Assembly: GCA_047495785.1 (NCBI GenBank)
Contig: JBLDXI010000033.1
Location: 1,054,001 to 1,118,000 of the forward strand
DNA: 64,000 bases
Reading direction: 5' to 3'
Source: Lepidodermella squamata
Taxonomy: Eukaryota; Animalia; Gastrotricha
In this document: piece by piece, positions 48,502 to 60,283 of the stretch
Layout: each line of letters begins with the position of its first letter
How positions within the stretch are numbered: the stretch's first letter is position 1
Translations under genes and position numbers: made by a program
The notes under the pieces: generated by a model
What the model was told of the DNA's origin: nothing
Database searches by the model: none
What the model saw: only the letters and a program-made list of their open reading frames with translations

Positions 48502-49685
48502 CTACGAATTATGATCATTCGAGCTGTTAGAATTTCGATTTTGACTACTAGTATTTATCTGCAGATTGCTACTCCGAATATTGCGATCCGTCGCCAGGAT
48601 AACGTCGCAAACGAGGCGGAAAAATTTCTGCCAAGTACTCAGCACAACGTCGAGATCATGGCGCAGTGTGATGTGTTGTAGGAAGGTCAGGAGTACCATT
48701 TCAAACTCGCGAATGCCCCGAACCATCAGCTCGGCCTTAATGTTGTAGTTGCAAATGTGAGCGGCGGTCAACGCCTCGACGTACATTTCAAAAGTATCGC
48801 TGCGATTCAACCGCAATAGACACCTTTCAATACCTAAAAAAATACGAAAAAATAACATTATCATGATAATTAATTTCAAAAATTATTTATTCAAAAATAA
48901 TATTATTAAAATGAAAATTTAAAAATTTATTTAAATTATTTTAAATTATTCAAATTATTATTTACTAAGGAATTTATGAATAATTAATGAGGGAAGAAAT
49001 TCGAGATTTTTCTTTTTTCTTTACTTACCAGAGAGAAAAACGAAACCTTGTTCCATGAGCTCCCAATTCGTATGGCTACCGTCTGCAGATGGAGCAATAT
49101 TGCGGCAGAAGCGCTCGGCTGCTTCGGGAATTTTTTTGAAAATGCTGCAATAAAAAAATCGTTAAATTAGGTCAAATTAATTAGCGCGCATAATTACTGC
49201 TGCACACCCAAAGCACCAATATCGATAGCATCAGCTTTGATCAGGTCAAACGACTCGCGGAGAATCGCGATTTCATCTTCACTCATAGCCGGGTAGTTGA
49301 CGACATCCTCATCGAGGCCGACCCCCGAGTCGATTTTCCGATCAGGCGGGCTGCTGCGAGAATGGGCCATAGGACACCCTGACCTCTGGCCCGCAGTCGG
49401 GTCACTGGTTTGCAGGGTGACGCGTTCCATAATGTAAGTGTGCTGGCTAGACGGAGTTTCCGACGTCGACGAGTTGTATCGGTGAATAGGCGATGAGGCG
49501 TAGGGCTGAAGTCGCTGGTAGTACTGCTGCAATCTGTTGTAATGAGTGGTGCCTGCTGCGCGACGTGGGCTGGCGCCGCTACTACTGCGATACGTCGGCA
49601 TGCCGCCGCCGTCGTCTTCGTCGTCGATAAACATGAACGAGGAGCTATCGAAGCCACTGCCGCCGCTGCTATTAGCACCGAACAT
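48502..49685 (-). CDS. Globin with long low-complexity N-terminal extension (3 coding exons)
   Basis: A helix SEDEIAILRESF; Pro C2 and Phe CD1 (PEAAERF); proximal His (LTAAH); H helix TWQKFF; intron at canonical B12.2. Confidence 0.82.
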
Positions 49686-52109
49686 TGAGCTACTATACGC
49701 CGTGATTATTACTATAATCTATACAAAAAAATAAGCGTAGAATAAATATAAAACGGCAATAAATTAACGGCGGAAAAACCGCTAATCATGGCCTTGATTT
49801 TCATGTTACGAATAATAAATTCGATCTGATAAGTATTCCCGCGAGTTTTCCGCTTCAAAAACAGCTATACCTTGTTTTCCAGGCAATTTTTAGAAATATA
49901 ACCATGCATAAAATCCAACTTAAGGCACAACATTTAAAATTGAATCATTTTAAATGAATCAAATCAATTTAAGGCCCAACATTGACCAGAATCGAATTTT
50001 CGTTTAACCCCCTTTTCCCGGTGGAAGGCGGGGAATTTTTAAAACGGCTATGAGATAGATAATTTTGTATCTAGGGGGACTTTTATAAGCATTTAAAAAG
50101 CTGTTTTAACTTTAAAAATAGTTAGTACCCGCGCACTTCTAAAAAAGATGCACCACGATAATGCGCGGACACACAAATAATGATAATAATAAATGTGCGC
50201 TCATCGCACATGAGCGACGAGCACGCGGATCGTTATCATCATCGAATTATGATGACGCGATGTGATCCGCCGCCGTCATCGTCGGGCGCATTATTGCCGC
50301 CATGTCTCATCGGCACGCGCGACAAAGGCCATGAGCGCAAATTGCATTAGTCGCGGCAGTAGCAATATAGCTCTCTATCTCCCTGTGTATACATGACAAA
50401 AAAAATGTGACTAAAAAGCATAATGACCTGCCCTCCAACTTGAGATGCGGTCATGGCAACAGCAATCACTGATCCTAGAAAGACATCTGCGGAAAATTTC
50501 TTACGGCGGGTCAACCATGTAAAAATATGAAAAAAACCAGTCATGCACAAGTCTATTAAATGAGGACAGGCTAATTAAGTTCCCGACAAAACAAGAAAAC
50601 AAAAAACATATATAAGATATTAAATTCTTCGAAAAAGTATGGTCTAAAAAGTTGATTGATCTTACACAGTACGCAGTTAATATTCGACAAGCTCTCTGTA
50701 TTTTCTGCTGAATTTTTTTTATAGGAAATAGGTAATTTCCTTGAATAATGCGCACGTCTAATTTTAGTTTGCCCGCTATAAATTCGAAAAAAAATAAGCG
50801 ATGATCGATAGCATAATGAAAACAAATTAGCTGGTCACCTGGGAGCTGGGATGAAAGCAACTGCTAATTTCGTAAACAATTTTTCATAATATATATACAT
50901 GGGTGTTATCAAGTTTTTATTACCTTCAAGCGTAAACAATATCTCGGTGAACTTAAAATGTGATAAAAAATTGTGCGGACAAAAGGCCAATGTATTGGTA
51001 TCTTTAAAAAGCAGCTAGTATTGCAATTAATGAAATGGAAGATCGCATCTGCTATTATTTTGCTCCCGACGGACACAGAAAATCTGTCATTATTTATTAT
51101 TGCAAAAATCAGGCGTGTCCTGCCTATTAGAAACAAAAGAATTGCTAATCTTTTGATGCATATATACATATTGCATTTTATATATCGCAGAGTACTGGCG
51201 GAGCTTTTAGGCGATAAAAAAATCGGCGATATTATGATCGCAGAAAATCTCAATTGCGATCGGCTGGAATCAAAATACAGCATGGATCAGCCAGGCGATA
51301 AGTTTTCTATAAATACAAAATTAGATCGCTATCAAATAGCACTTGCATCCCACGAAAAAAACAAGGGCGATATTATATACGAACGATGGCAGGAAATCAG
51401 GGTAATTATTATTTTGTTTCGAATAAACCACGTGTTGATGTCTCTAATCGACGCCCTCACATTAATTTTTACCCGGATTCTGCTGCAGATGTAATAGCCT
51501 GGGGTCAATGATTTTCGCATCATCACCAGGAATGTTCGTGTTTGTTTGCGAATGATTATGCCGGTCGCCGGAAGGATTCAGCGACGGCGACACTTGTTTG
51601 ATCAGATAACCTGATATAACAAATTCAGTCGGAAGCCTTTTTTCACCGTGGATCACGTTTTTAGCCTCAATATTAGACAATTACTGGATATTTATATATT
51701 GTCGCTGCTGGATCTAATTAACGTGGTCATGAGAACGTCCTTTGAACAGAAAATGTATGTTGTCATATATTGGTGACCTCAGGTTTCGATTTTCATGATA
51801 TCAAACGCAAATTAGGCCCGAAACATTGGAGACTTATGACTTTGCAGGTGAAAAAATATCTTTGCAACTCTGACACATAAAAACATAGGGTTTGTTGCAA
51901 TAAATGCTCCGTCTTATCAGTGTTCGAATGATGCGAAGCTTAACACAATTGGAGTGATAACCAATTTTCGAAAAATGGTATACATAAGAATTGCGTTTTC
52001 GTAAGTCGGTTTGGGACCTCCTGTTTGCCTACCGCTAGCGGATGAATATTTTCGGATGAAATTTGACTTGGGCTTTCCCTATAAGCGTTGCTCTTAGATC
52101 ATTGATAAT

Positions 52110-53556
52110 AATCTTCTACGTAGATCTACTGCTTCACAAATGCTAGAATGCACCCACGACTGGTTCTTTGCCTTGGAATGCGGCGAGTTTGTCGATATTT
52201 TATACATAGACTTTGCCAAAGCTTTTGATACCGTTTGCCATTCCAAACTTCTTAAAAAACTAGCTCAAATAGGTATACAGGGTGATCTTTTGCATTGGAT
52301 ATCCTCTTATCTCTCTAACCGTTCACAATTTGTTGTAGTTAATAATTCCTCAAGCTCACACTCGCCGGTTACCAGTGGGGTTCCTCAAGGTTCCGTCCTT
52401 GGCCCCTTGCTCTTCCTCATCTACATTAATGATATCGTCCCTATCTTACCAACTGGTGTCACAATTAAACTCTTCGCCGATGATTGCAAGCTTTACATTA
52501 AATTCTGCTTTAATAATGCTGCTTCTTCTGTCTCGAGACTATCATTAGCGCTTGATAATATCTTTGCCTGGATAAACGACTGGCAGCTCAGCCTTTCTAT
52601 TGACAAATGTGGCGTGCTTCACCTAGGCCGTAACAATCCTCAATTTTCTTATACTCTTGGTTCACATCAACTTTCTATCTGTCACTCGTATAAAGACCTA
52701 GGTTTGATTATTGATGAAGATCTCACGTTCCGCCCTCATTTTAATACTATTGTTACCAAAGCTTATAACTGTGTCAACGCTATTCTTAGAGCCTTTCATG
52801 GGCAGTCGCCTTCCGTTCTCACATGGGCTTATCGAGTCTATTCTAGGCCTCTACTCGAATACCTTCCTTCGATTTGGTCTCCTTACAAAAAAGGCGATAT
52901 TGAACTCATTGAAAATGTTCAAAAATATTTTACTCGCCGTGCTTTAGGCTTCTCTTCGCACGATCTCAACCGCCCTTCTTATAAACAAAGGCTTCTAATT
53001 CTCAAACTAGATTCTTTGGAAAAACGTCGCATTCTTTTAGATCTCGCCCTTTTATACAAAGTTTACTACAAAGCTATCGATTCGTCAATCTCCTTTTATA
53101 TCGAGCCTCTTGAGACAATAACTCGCGGTCATACTCATCGCCTTAGATATCGACGACCTGATGGTCGATACCGCAATGCTACCTCTCCTCTTTTTGCCAA
53201 CTATTTTTTAAATCGTGTTTTACCCATTTGGAATGAATTGCCTGCCTATGTGTTTCCGTCCACGGACAATTTCGATTCCAATCTTAAATTTTTTAAATCA
53301 AAAATATGTAAACTTGACTTTTCTAAACACTGCACTCTCGACAACTAAATTTAAATACATTTTCTACCTAATTTCTCTATGATTTTGATATATGTTGACT
53401 CTCCTCTTGACTGTTCTATACGCTATCATATTGACTACTACACGGTTCAGAGTTAGTGGCCTGCGGGTCCTTCTGTATCCTCGAATCTTTTTTACTGCTT
53501 AATTCCCCTGATGAATTTATTTTTCGAAATAAAATAATAATAATAATAATAATAAT
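52110..53556 (+). mobile_element. 5'-truncated non-LTR retrotransposon (CR1/L2-like LINE); RT ORF 52140-53348, (TAA)n tail
   Basis: YIDFAKAFDTV, GVPQGSVLGPLLFLIYIND, FADD, KDLG, WSP, TRGH, RV-x-x-x-WN-x-LP; 3'UTR then a TAA repeat tail. Confidence 0.95.
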
Positions 53557-56500
53557 TGAAATTAAAATTGTATTACTTTTCCCGCGACTGAGCGTCTGTA
53601 CCTCTTGGAAATTTAGTCATTTTGACGCCCCTTGATCCGTGAATAAAATCGTTGAAAATGCAACTGCACATTCTTTTATGTTTCTTCTAATTTTTTAAAT
53701 AAATTGTCCAAATTATGCTCGAAATCCTAACGTTGCCATTTGGAAGTTGAAATTAGAATTCAACTTTTTCCGCGCGCTTTCTACGTCCGAATGGCAACAT
53801 TCAATATTCAATGATTTTTGGATTTTTAACAATTTAATTTAATTTAATTTAATTTTAATTGAAAAAAATCGTCCAAATCAGAAATCACGCTAATCACATT
53901 GGTCAAAAATTTGAAAATTTTTCTGAATTAACGCTGATTTTTAATCCTCGAAAAACATTGTATTGTCCCAAGTTATCTCACGTTTTATGGTAGTTGAAAA
54001 ATCATTGAATGCGTTATTCAGCCAAGTTTTTTTCGGGTGTGTCCTCGTTTTGAGGTCTTCCACGCGATCCACATATGTAGCGAACGAGTGTTGTTTTAAG
54101 AGTTAGTCGACGGAAGCGTGAAGCTGGACGCGCGGTCTTAATAAAGCCAGATGGATAACCGGCTGCGTTTCTGCCATTAGCCACCCTGATGCGATGATGG
54201 GGCGGTGTCTAATGGTGTTTGCTGCCGACTGCGACTTTGCTCAGCGCTTCGCTCGGTGCGAACATCAGCCTCTTGACGCTTCTTGGCACTTGGCGTCATC
54301 GTAACAACTCGGCCTAGGTAATAGTTGTTTGTAATGAAGTGAGTTGCAATAGGAATTGGCCCTTCAATCTTGCCACCTTCAACGCACAGCGCGCACACGG
54401 TGCGTTTTTATTATATCAAGGCGGAGCGGTTGTTCTCTTGACTCCAAAGACACTGTCGTGTAATAAAAATAAATGTCGAGCATACTTTTTAACAAAAAGC
54501 ATATAGCCTCGTGTAGTCGATTGAGTGGAACCGCCTTTGATACAATCGGAACTAGAAACAGTTACATATTTGATAATCCTCGAAAATGAGACAGACCGTG
54601 CCAAGTATCTGCACCTAAAATACCTAAGTAAGTACGGTCTAGTCACTTTTTTACTATATTATAGCCACAAGCCGATTTATACTTGGCTTTTTTGGATCGG
54701 GCGTTTCCAGAGTTGTCCCCGGGTCGGGGTTTTAGTGTGGCCATTGGGTAAACTTAAAAATCCATATCGATCTCTAAAATGGTTAGTTTTAGCGGGAAAA
54801 TATAAGGAAAACGGATATTCGCGAGATTTTCTCACGGCGGCAGCAACAATGGGGAACGGTGCTCCCTGGAAATTCTCCGAAAAATGAAAATATTTTGAAA
54901 ATTTCCAGAAAAAATCCTGATTTCCAAGCATTTTAAGGCATTTTTCAATACTTTTTCACGCTCAAAGCCCCAAAGGTTTTCTCGCTTCGCTCGCTAACCG
55001 TTTTTCTATTACTTTCATATGAAGCTCGAAATACGTCCTTCAAAAACATAGTCATATATCTCAGCTTAAAATCTATAAACTCTAAGTTGTAGTATTGTGG
55101 AAATTCAAAATGGTAGTCGCGAAAGTTTTCCAGCCAAGTGATCTAAGTCTCCAAATTGCCTTACTTGAACAGGATGGAACTGAAAAAAGCGCCTGGTTTA
55201 ATACCCATATCGGATCCGGGTTCCTAAGCCCTGGTCGGATCGGTTCCGAAATGTTGCACCCGAGGACAAATCTGGGCGTTTTAATCTTCAGCGGCGTCAT
55301 AGAAAAATGTCTGGCAATTCACTGATAACTCGCAAAAAATCAAATATTTTACCTTCGATCTTACCTTCGAATCTAATAGGATAGCTACACATGACAAGTC
55401 ATGTTTACAACGTCTCAATTTTAGCGGAGCCAAATTTCACCTTAACTTTTTGTATCACCCATCGGACAGGAGCAATTCAACTGCATGAAAAATTCAGCTA
55501 ATTTCTTTATGATCTCGTTTTTCTTCTCCATAGCGGTAACGAAATAGCTGGTTTTCAACCTTTAAATCAACTCTTTAAATCAATCGATTTACTTTCCACA
55601 TTCAAAATCGTAAGCGAATTTTACTCAATTTTAGTCCGAATTTTTAAGTATTAGTTGCATTTTTTTAATCTAAACGGGAAAGTTGTATTTTATCCACCTA
55701 GTTTGGCTCGAAGCTGCAATGTGGGGGCAACCACGATCAGCCATTTAACGGATAGTTTGGGACACTTCCGAGTGTAATTCACCAACATTAGGGTTAAGGA
55801 ATTTGCCATTTTTCAGCCATCTTTACTTATCATCGGAATGAACTCGACTTGGGAGTTGGGAAAAGTTGGCTTCTGAAAATTACAGCTGCAGATTACTCTA
55901 AGTACGTTTTCGACAATAAGAGCTCATTGATAACGCGATAGCTCTTCATTCATTCGATGGGCTAAAAGACACTTGCGATGACAGTTGCTTCTTCTTTCTT
56001 CCTCCCCTTTCTATAGCTAACGCCTGCTTGGTTCACTCATTAAACTGTCTATAGTGAGATCACTCCAGTGTCACTTTCAGCTCAAGGATAACAGCTATTT
56101 ATTACGCATAAAAGATACACCATCAAGCTTAAAAAATAGAGTTGAGTTGAGCGGAAAAATAAGACATTATTCATACGTCGTTGTCTTCCCAGTTCCGGCC
56201 CGGAAAAAAACCGTACTAAATGATAGCAGCATTAAGGCCAATTATTCACTTAGTCCAGCTATTACGGTGATGGCCTACACGTGTTTTAATTGCGAGCGTC
56301 ATGGCGCGCCAGAGGCGTCTTCGCATGTCCGCCCGTGTGCATTACCGGCCTATTGTCGGGTCTAACAATAACAATCTCAGCGCGCGTTTTTTTCACTGGC
56401 TCTCATCGTCTCGGTCTGGCCGAGCGCGCGCCTCAAAGCAAACAACGTTTGCAATGTGAGACGCGCCGGGCTATCACTAGCCTAATCCCGAGTACTATCA

Positions 56501-56902
56501 ATGTCGGCCGTCGTCAAGTTTTTTCTCTTGCCCCGAAGTCTAATATTAATATTTTTATTGGACGATGAGCAAAAAAAACCTAGCCTGCTATTGAATAGCC
56601 GCTGCGACCCCAACTGCGGCTATTATAACATCCGGGCGAAATCTCTACGCTGTCATAGGAAAAAAACCATCTGTCGAAAGGCCGACGAAAAATTAGTTTC
56701 GAGAGGTTTGCCCGCCCCGGACTGGTCGCGCTGGAACACGGCACTTTTCTGTATTAGCTAATAACATAACCTGCTTTATTTAGGATATCGCTTACGTCTC
56801 TTAGTTACCTCAAAAAACTTGGGTCAAATTACGATTTTTCTCGTATTTAGGTCGTTAAATTAATTTTCGACTAAATATTACCGCCTGAATAACCTCGCAG
56901 AC

Positions 56903-57424
56903 ATGCAGTCAATGTTGATGCTTTTGGTTTCGGCCGGCGTTGTTGCGGCCGCTTTCGCCGCCGAGGAGGAACTCGTCCGTTCGAAGCGCCAGATCTCTTT
57001 CCAAGCCCCATCAGCCTCCGTTCAGCAGCCGAACGTGCCGCAACTGCCCCAGTTCCAGCCCCCGAACCTCGGCTTCAACCAGCCATCGGCTAGCTTCAAC
57101 AACCCGGCCGCCTCGTTCCAGGCGCCCAACCTCGGCTTCCAGCAGCCCAACTACGGCGCCAGCTCGTACAACAGCGCTTACAACAACGGCTACGGCGTCG
57201 CCACCGCCCGCTGCAACCCGTGCTACCCGGTTCAGGGCCAGCAGTGGTGCAACCGCGACCAGTCGTGCCAGCCCGCCCCTGGCTACTGCAGCGTCATCTG
57301 CGGCATGCCCAGCTCGTCAGGCGTTTGCGACTACACCTTCCAGTGCAGGTTGGTATCGTCGGCGCCGCGAAGCGCCGTCTCCGCGGGTCTCGTCGCCGTT
57401 GCTGCCGCTTTCATGCTTCTCTAA
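56903..57424 (+). CDS. Secreted, probably GPI-anchored protein with furin site, Q/N/P heptad repeats and 8-Cys domain
   Basis: Signal; RSKR; F-[QN]-x-P-x-x-[SG] repeats; 8 Cys; SS omega-like site followed by a terminal hydrophobic tail; very high GC3. Confidence 0.85.
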   Translation: MQSMLMLLVSAGVVAAAFAAEEELVRSKRQISFQAPSASVQQPNVPQLPQFQPPNLGFNQPSASFNNPAASFQAPNLGFQQPNYGASSYNSAYNNGYGVATARCNPCYPVQGQQWCNRDQSCQPAPGYCSVICGMPSSSGVCDYTFQCRLVSSAPRSAVSAGLVAVAAAFMLL

Positions 57425-57725
57425 ACGTTACCTCACTCAGCGAAGCGTGATCCCTCTGTGTAGAAATAATCTCCATTTCCCAATTACAATTAAGGCTCCT
57501 CTATACGTATATATGTGAAGATCTAGGTCATTTTACACCCTAGACGGAAATCCCTTCGCCTCGTAAAAAAATCGTGAAAGCCAGGTCGGTAATAACACTT
57601 TTTTTATTGTGCAATCGTGAAAAAATGCGGCCACCTTGGTTATAACAATATATTTTTCTGTTCTAAATTAAACCCATCTTGAAGAAAATAAACAGTTCGA
57701 AAAATATCATCAAACTGGTGTTTAA

Positions 57726-58689
57726 CATGACTGTTAACAATTGAAAAGTGGGGGTTTGGCGAAAATTCTGACATCAGGAGATTTTTATGTCGCTTTCAAT
57801 ATCAATTAACGAGGAGTTGAACGATATCAAAAAGAGGTTGATAGTCATTTGCTGACGATTGCTGACAATTTCGGCTTTTAAGTTTGCCAGTAAAAAATGC
57901 CAGTTTCGAAAAAGTGCGCCTTAAAAAATTTGACTTTTTTATTGCATCAATTGATACAGCGTTTCCCATAGAGAGCTGGTTGATCTGATCTCTATGCGTG
58001 TTCCATAAGTAACGCAAGCAAAGAAAATACTCGGAAAAGGGTTCAGAAACTCTGAAAGTGAGAGACACGAAGTCACATCTCATGGCAAGACAATTTTTAG
58101 AAAAATTCTAGATAATCACGGGAAAAGTAAACAAGTAGGTCACTTGTTAATGGGATTAAGTCCGGAGAAATTCTGACCAACCGGGTAAAATACCAAAATT
58201 CACCGAGCCAGATACCCATCGAGGTTTTCCGAGTTTTCTGCGGTAATTTGTTTCTTACTTCTTCGGCTAAATCGCGGATAAAAGATGGAATTGTCTCTAT
58301 TTGGGAAATTGAAAGATAGTGGCGCAAGTTCTGGGAGACGTGAAATGCCCCACACTATAAATTCTAATTTTAATTCCCTCCGTACTGTCGACAGCTTTAG
58401 GGTAATCTGAGATGGGGAATTTTGCTAGATATTCGAAATTTGTGTTGGAATCCAGCTAATGTCTCCACGTCAACATAAATAGATAGGCTTCTGGGATTAC
58501 TCGTCTTTAAAGGAGGATGGGAGCCTATCCTAGAAGTATGAAATTTGAAAATTTAAAATCCTCAAGATAAGCGTAGTGACAAAATCCTGGAATCGAAGCA
58601 TTGCCCTTCAAATCAACATATTATTGCAATTTGCTGGAAATTACAGAAAATTCGCGAAACCCCACTTTTCACTCGTTAACGATCACATG
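57726..58689. mobile_element. Non-autonomous element bounded by ~50-bp inverted repeats
   Basis: catgactgttaacaattgaaaagtgggggtttggcgaaattctg is inverse to cagaaaattcgcgaaaccccacttttcactcgttaacgatcacatg; related termini at about 41830-41883 and 45940-45995. Confidence 0.55.
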
Positions 58690-59060
58690 CGGAGACTTCG
58701 AGTTGCTTATTTTATTAATATTTTTTTTAATTTCATTTTATAATTTTTTAAATAACCTTGTGATTCTCAGCCTAGTTTTTCTTTCAGTTTTCTTGCTCAA
58801 GCAGCTGCCAGGTCCTTTTACAGGTCATGCGTTCGGCGGCCTATAAAAAAGCGACTAATGAGCAATAAAAAATGTTTTTGTCGTGGACAATTACAATACT
58901 AAAGTGGCAGACGTCACCACCAGGTAGTTGAAAAAACCCCAGAAATCCGAGTGCGCCTCTCATCTCTGACTGATGACCTGGCTCGCGCGAGGTTTAGTTG
59001 TTTTTTTTCATAACAAACCAACACGCAGGTCATTAGCTCAGAAAAAATTATTTACGCACG

Positions 59061-60283
59061 ATGGCTGTAATAGTAATGAACAACGCGTGTCGCTGCCACT
59101 ACCTCGAGCTCCTGCTGATTTTATCTATAGGTAAAATTGCCTTTTAATGATGTTTAATGATGCCACATCGCAATGTTAAGCAGGGGCAACATTTGGACAA
59201 GTTGTACGCGTGAAATGGGCGCAGAGCAATGTGCTACCCGCCTACCGGAGTGGCGTTAATTGGGCTTGTAACGGCGATCTGTCTTCCCAGATCGGCGCCC
59301 CGCTTAACAACGCTCAACAATGTGCCGCTGTATGCGATGCCAGCCCTAGGTGCCAGGGTTTCACTGTCTTCCTAGTCCGACGAATGTGCGTTGTTCGGAC
59401 GATTGACTGCGTTATGGAGCCGCTTGAAGGAGCGATTTTGTACCGAAAGGCGGCTTTGATTGTCACAAAAGAGCCTCTAACAAGAACCTTGGAGGAGAGA
59501 TTAATCACCCTAGCACCCATCGAACAGCCAGTGGCGATCATTAATACAAAAACTGAGATGGAAAAGGCTTCGACATCGCAATCCCAACCAGCAACAACCA
59601 CCTTGAAAATGACTACAACAAGGCAGTTACCAGCGAAAAATAGTTATGCTGCGAAAAAAGACCTGAGATGTTCTGAGGGTACCAGCAAAACGATTGGGAC
59701 TGTGTTGAGCGACCTCGAACAATGCAAGGCGCTGTGTAATGACGCGGCAGATTGTTACGGGATCAACTTGAGAACGGAATCTAACACATGCGTAACTAAA
59801 ACTTCAGGTTGTTTGCTGCTCGAGGATGAGAAGAGCATTTTTTACGAGAAATCTTCGGTACCTGCTGCTGCTTCAACTACCGCGACTTCGACTACTACGA
59901 CAACTCAACTTACATCAACGACTACAGAGTCAGCCCGGCCTAGAATTGGCAAGCTTATAGGTGCACCGGCTACAAACCCAGAAACGTCGACAATACAGCT
60001 AGCAACCCCGGCACCTAAATTAAGCGGAAAAGATGACCGGCTTTCTCACTACACGGCGATCAATGAGACTCGGTGCTCAGGTGGTACCAGTGAAAAAGTT
60101 GGAGAGACCGTTAATGATTTGAATGAATGCTTAGCTCTATGCGATCAATCTGCTAGATGTTACGGGTTGAACTGGCGGCCTATCGATAAAGTTTGCGCGG
60201 CTAGGACTAGTGGCTGCGAAATTTTGCCAACTGATAGTTCAACATTTTACAAGAAGAAATCTGCAGCTGAACTGATGAAATAA
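59061..60283 (+). CDS. Secreted protein with 3 PAN/Apple-like 6-Cys domains and Thr-rich linkers; intron 59131-59180
   Basis: Repeated C...C-x3-C-x5-C-x-G-[FIL]...C-x6-C...[FL]Y-x-K; signal exon joined in phase 1. Confidence 0.82.

Noticed and set aside
50347-51680. ORFs of 119-173 aa on both strands
   Set aside because: AT-rich, no recognisable motifs or splice structure; likely non-coding or repeat-derived.
54177-55520. Short ORFs and a mariner-like end (aactttttgtatcaccc)
   Set aside because: No partner TIR, TSD or protein motif; too weak to call.
47013-57424. Horizontal transfer or contamination for the two GC-rich genes
   Set aside because: The sHSP has a host-type intron, flanks are AT-rich like the rest, and the GC excess is mainly at third positions.
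56940-57518. 192-aa overlapping ORF (Ser/Thr/Ala/Arg-rich)
   Set aside because: Alternative frame of the GC3-rich GPI protein gene.
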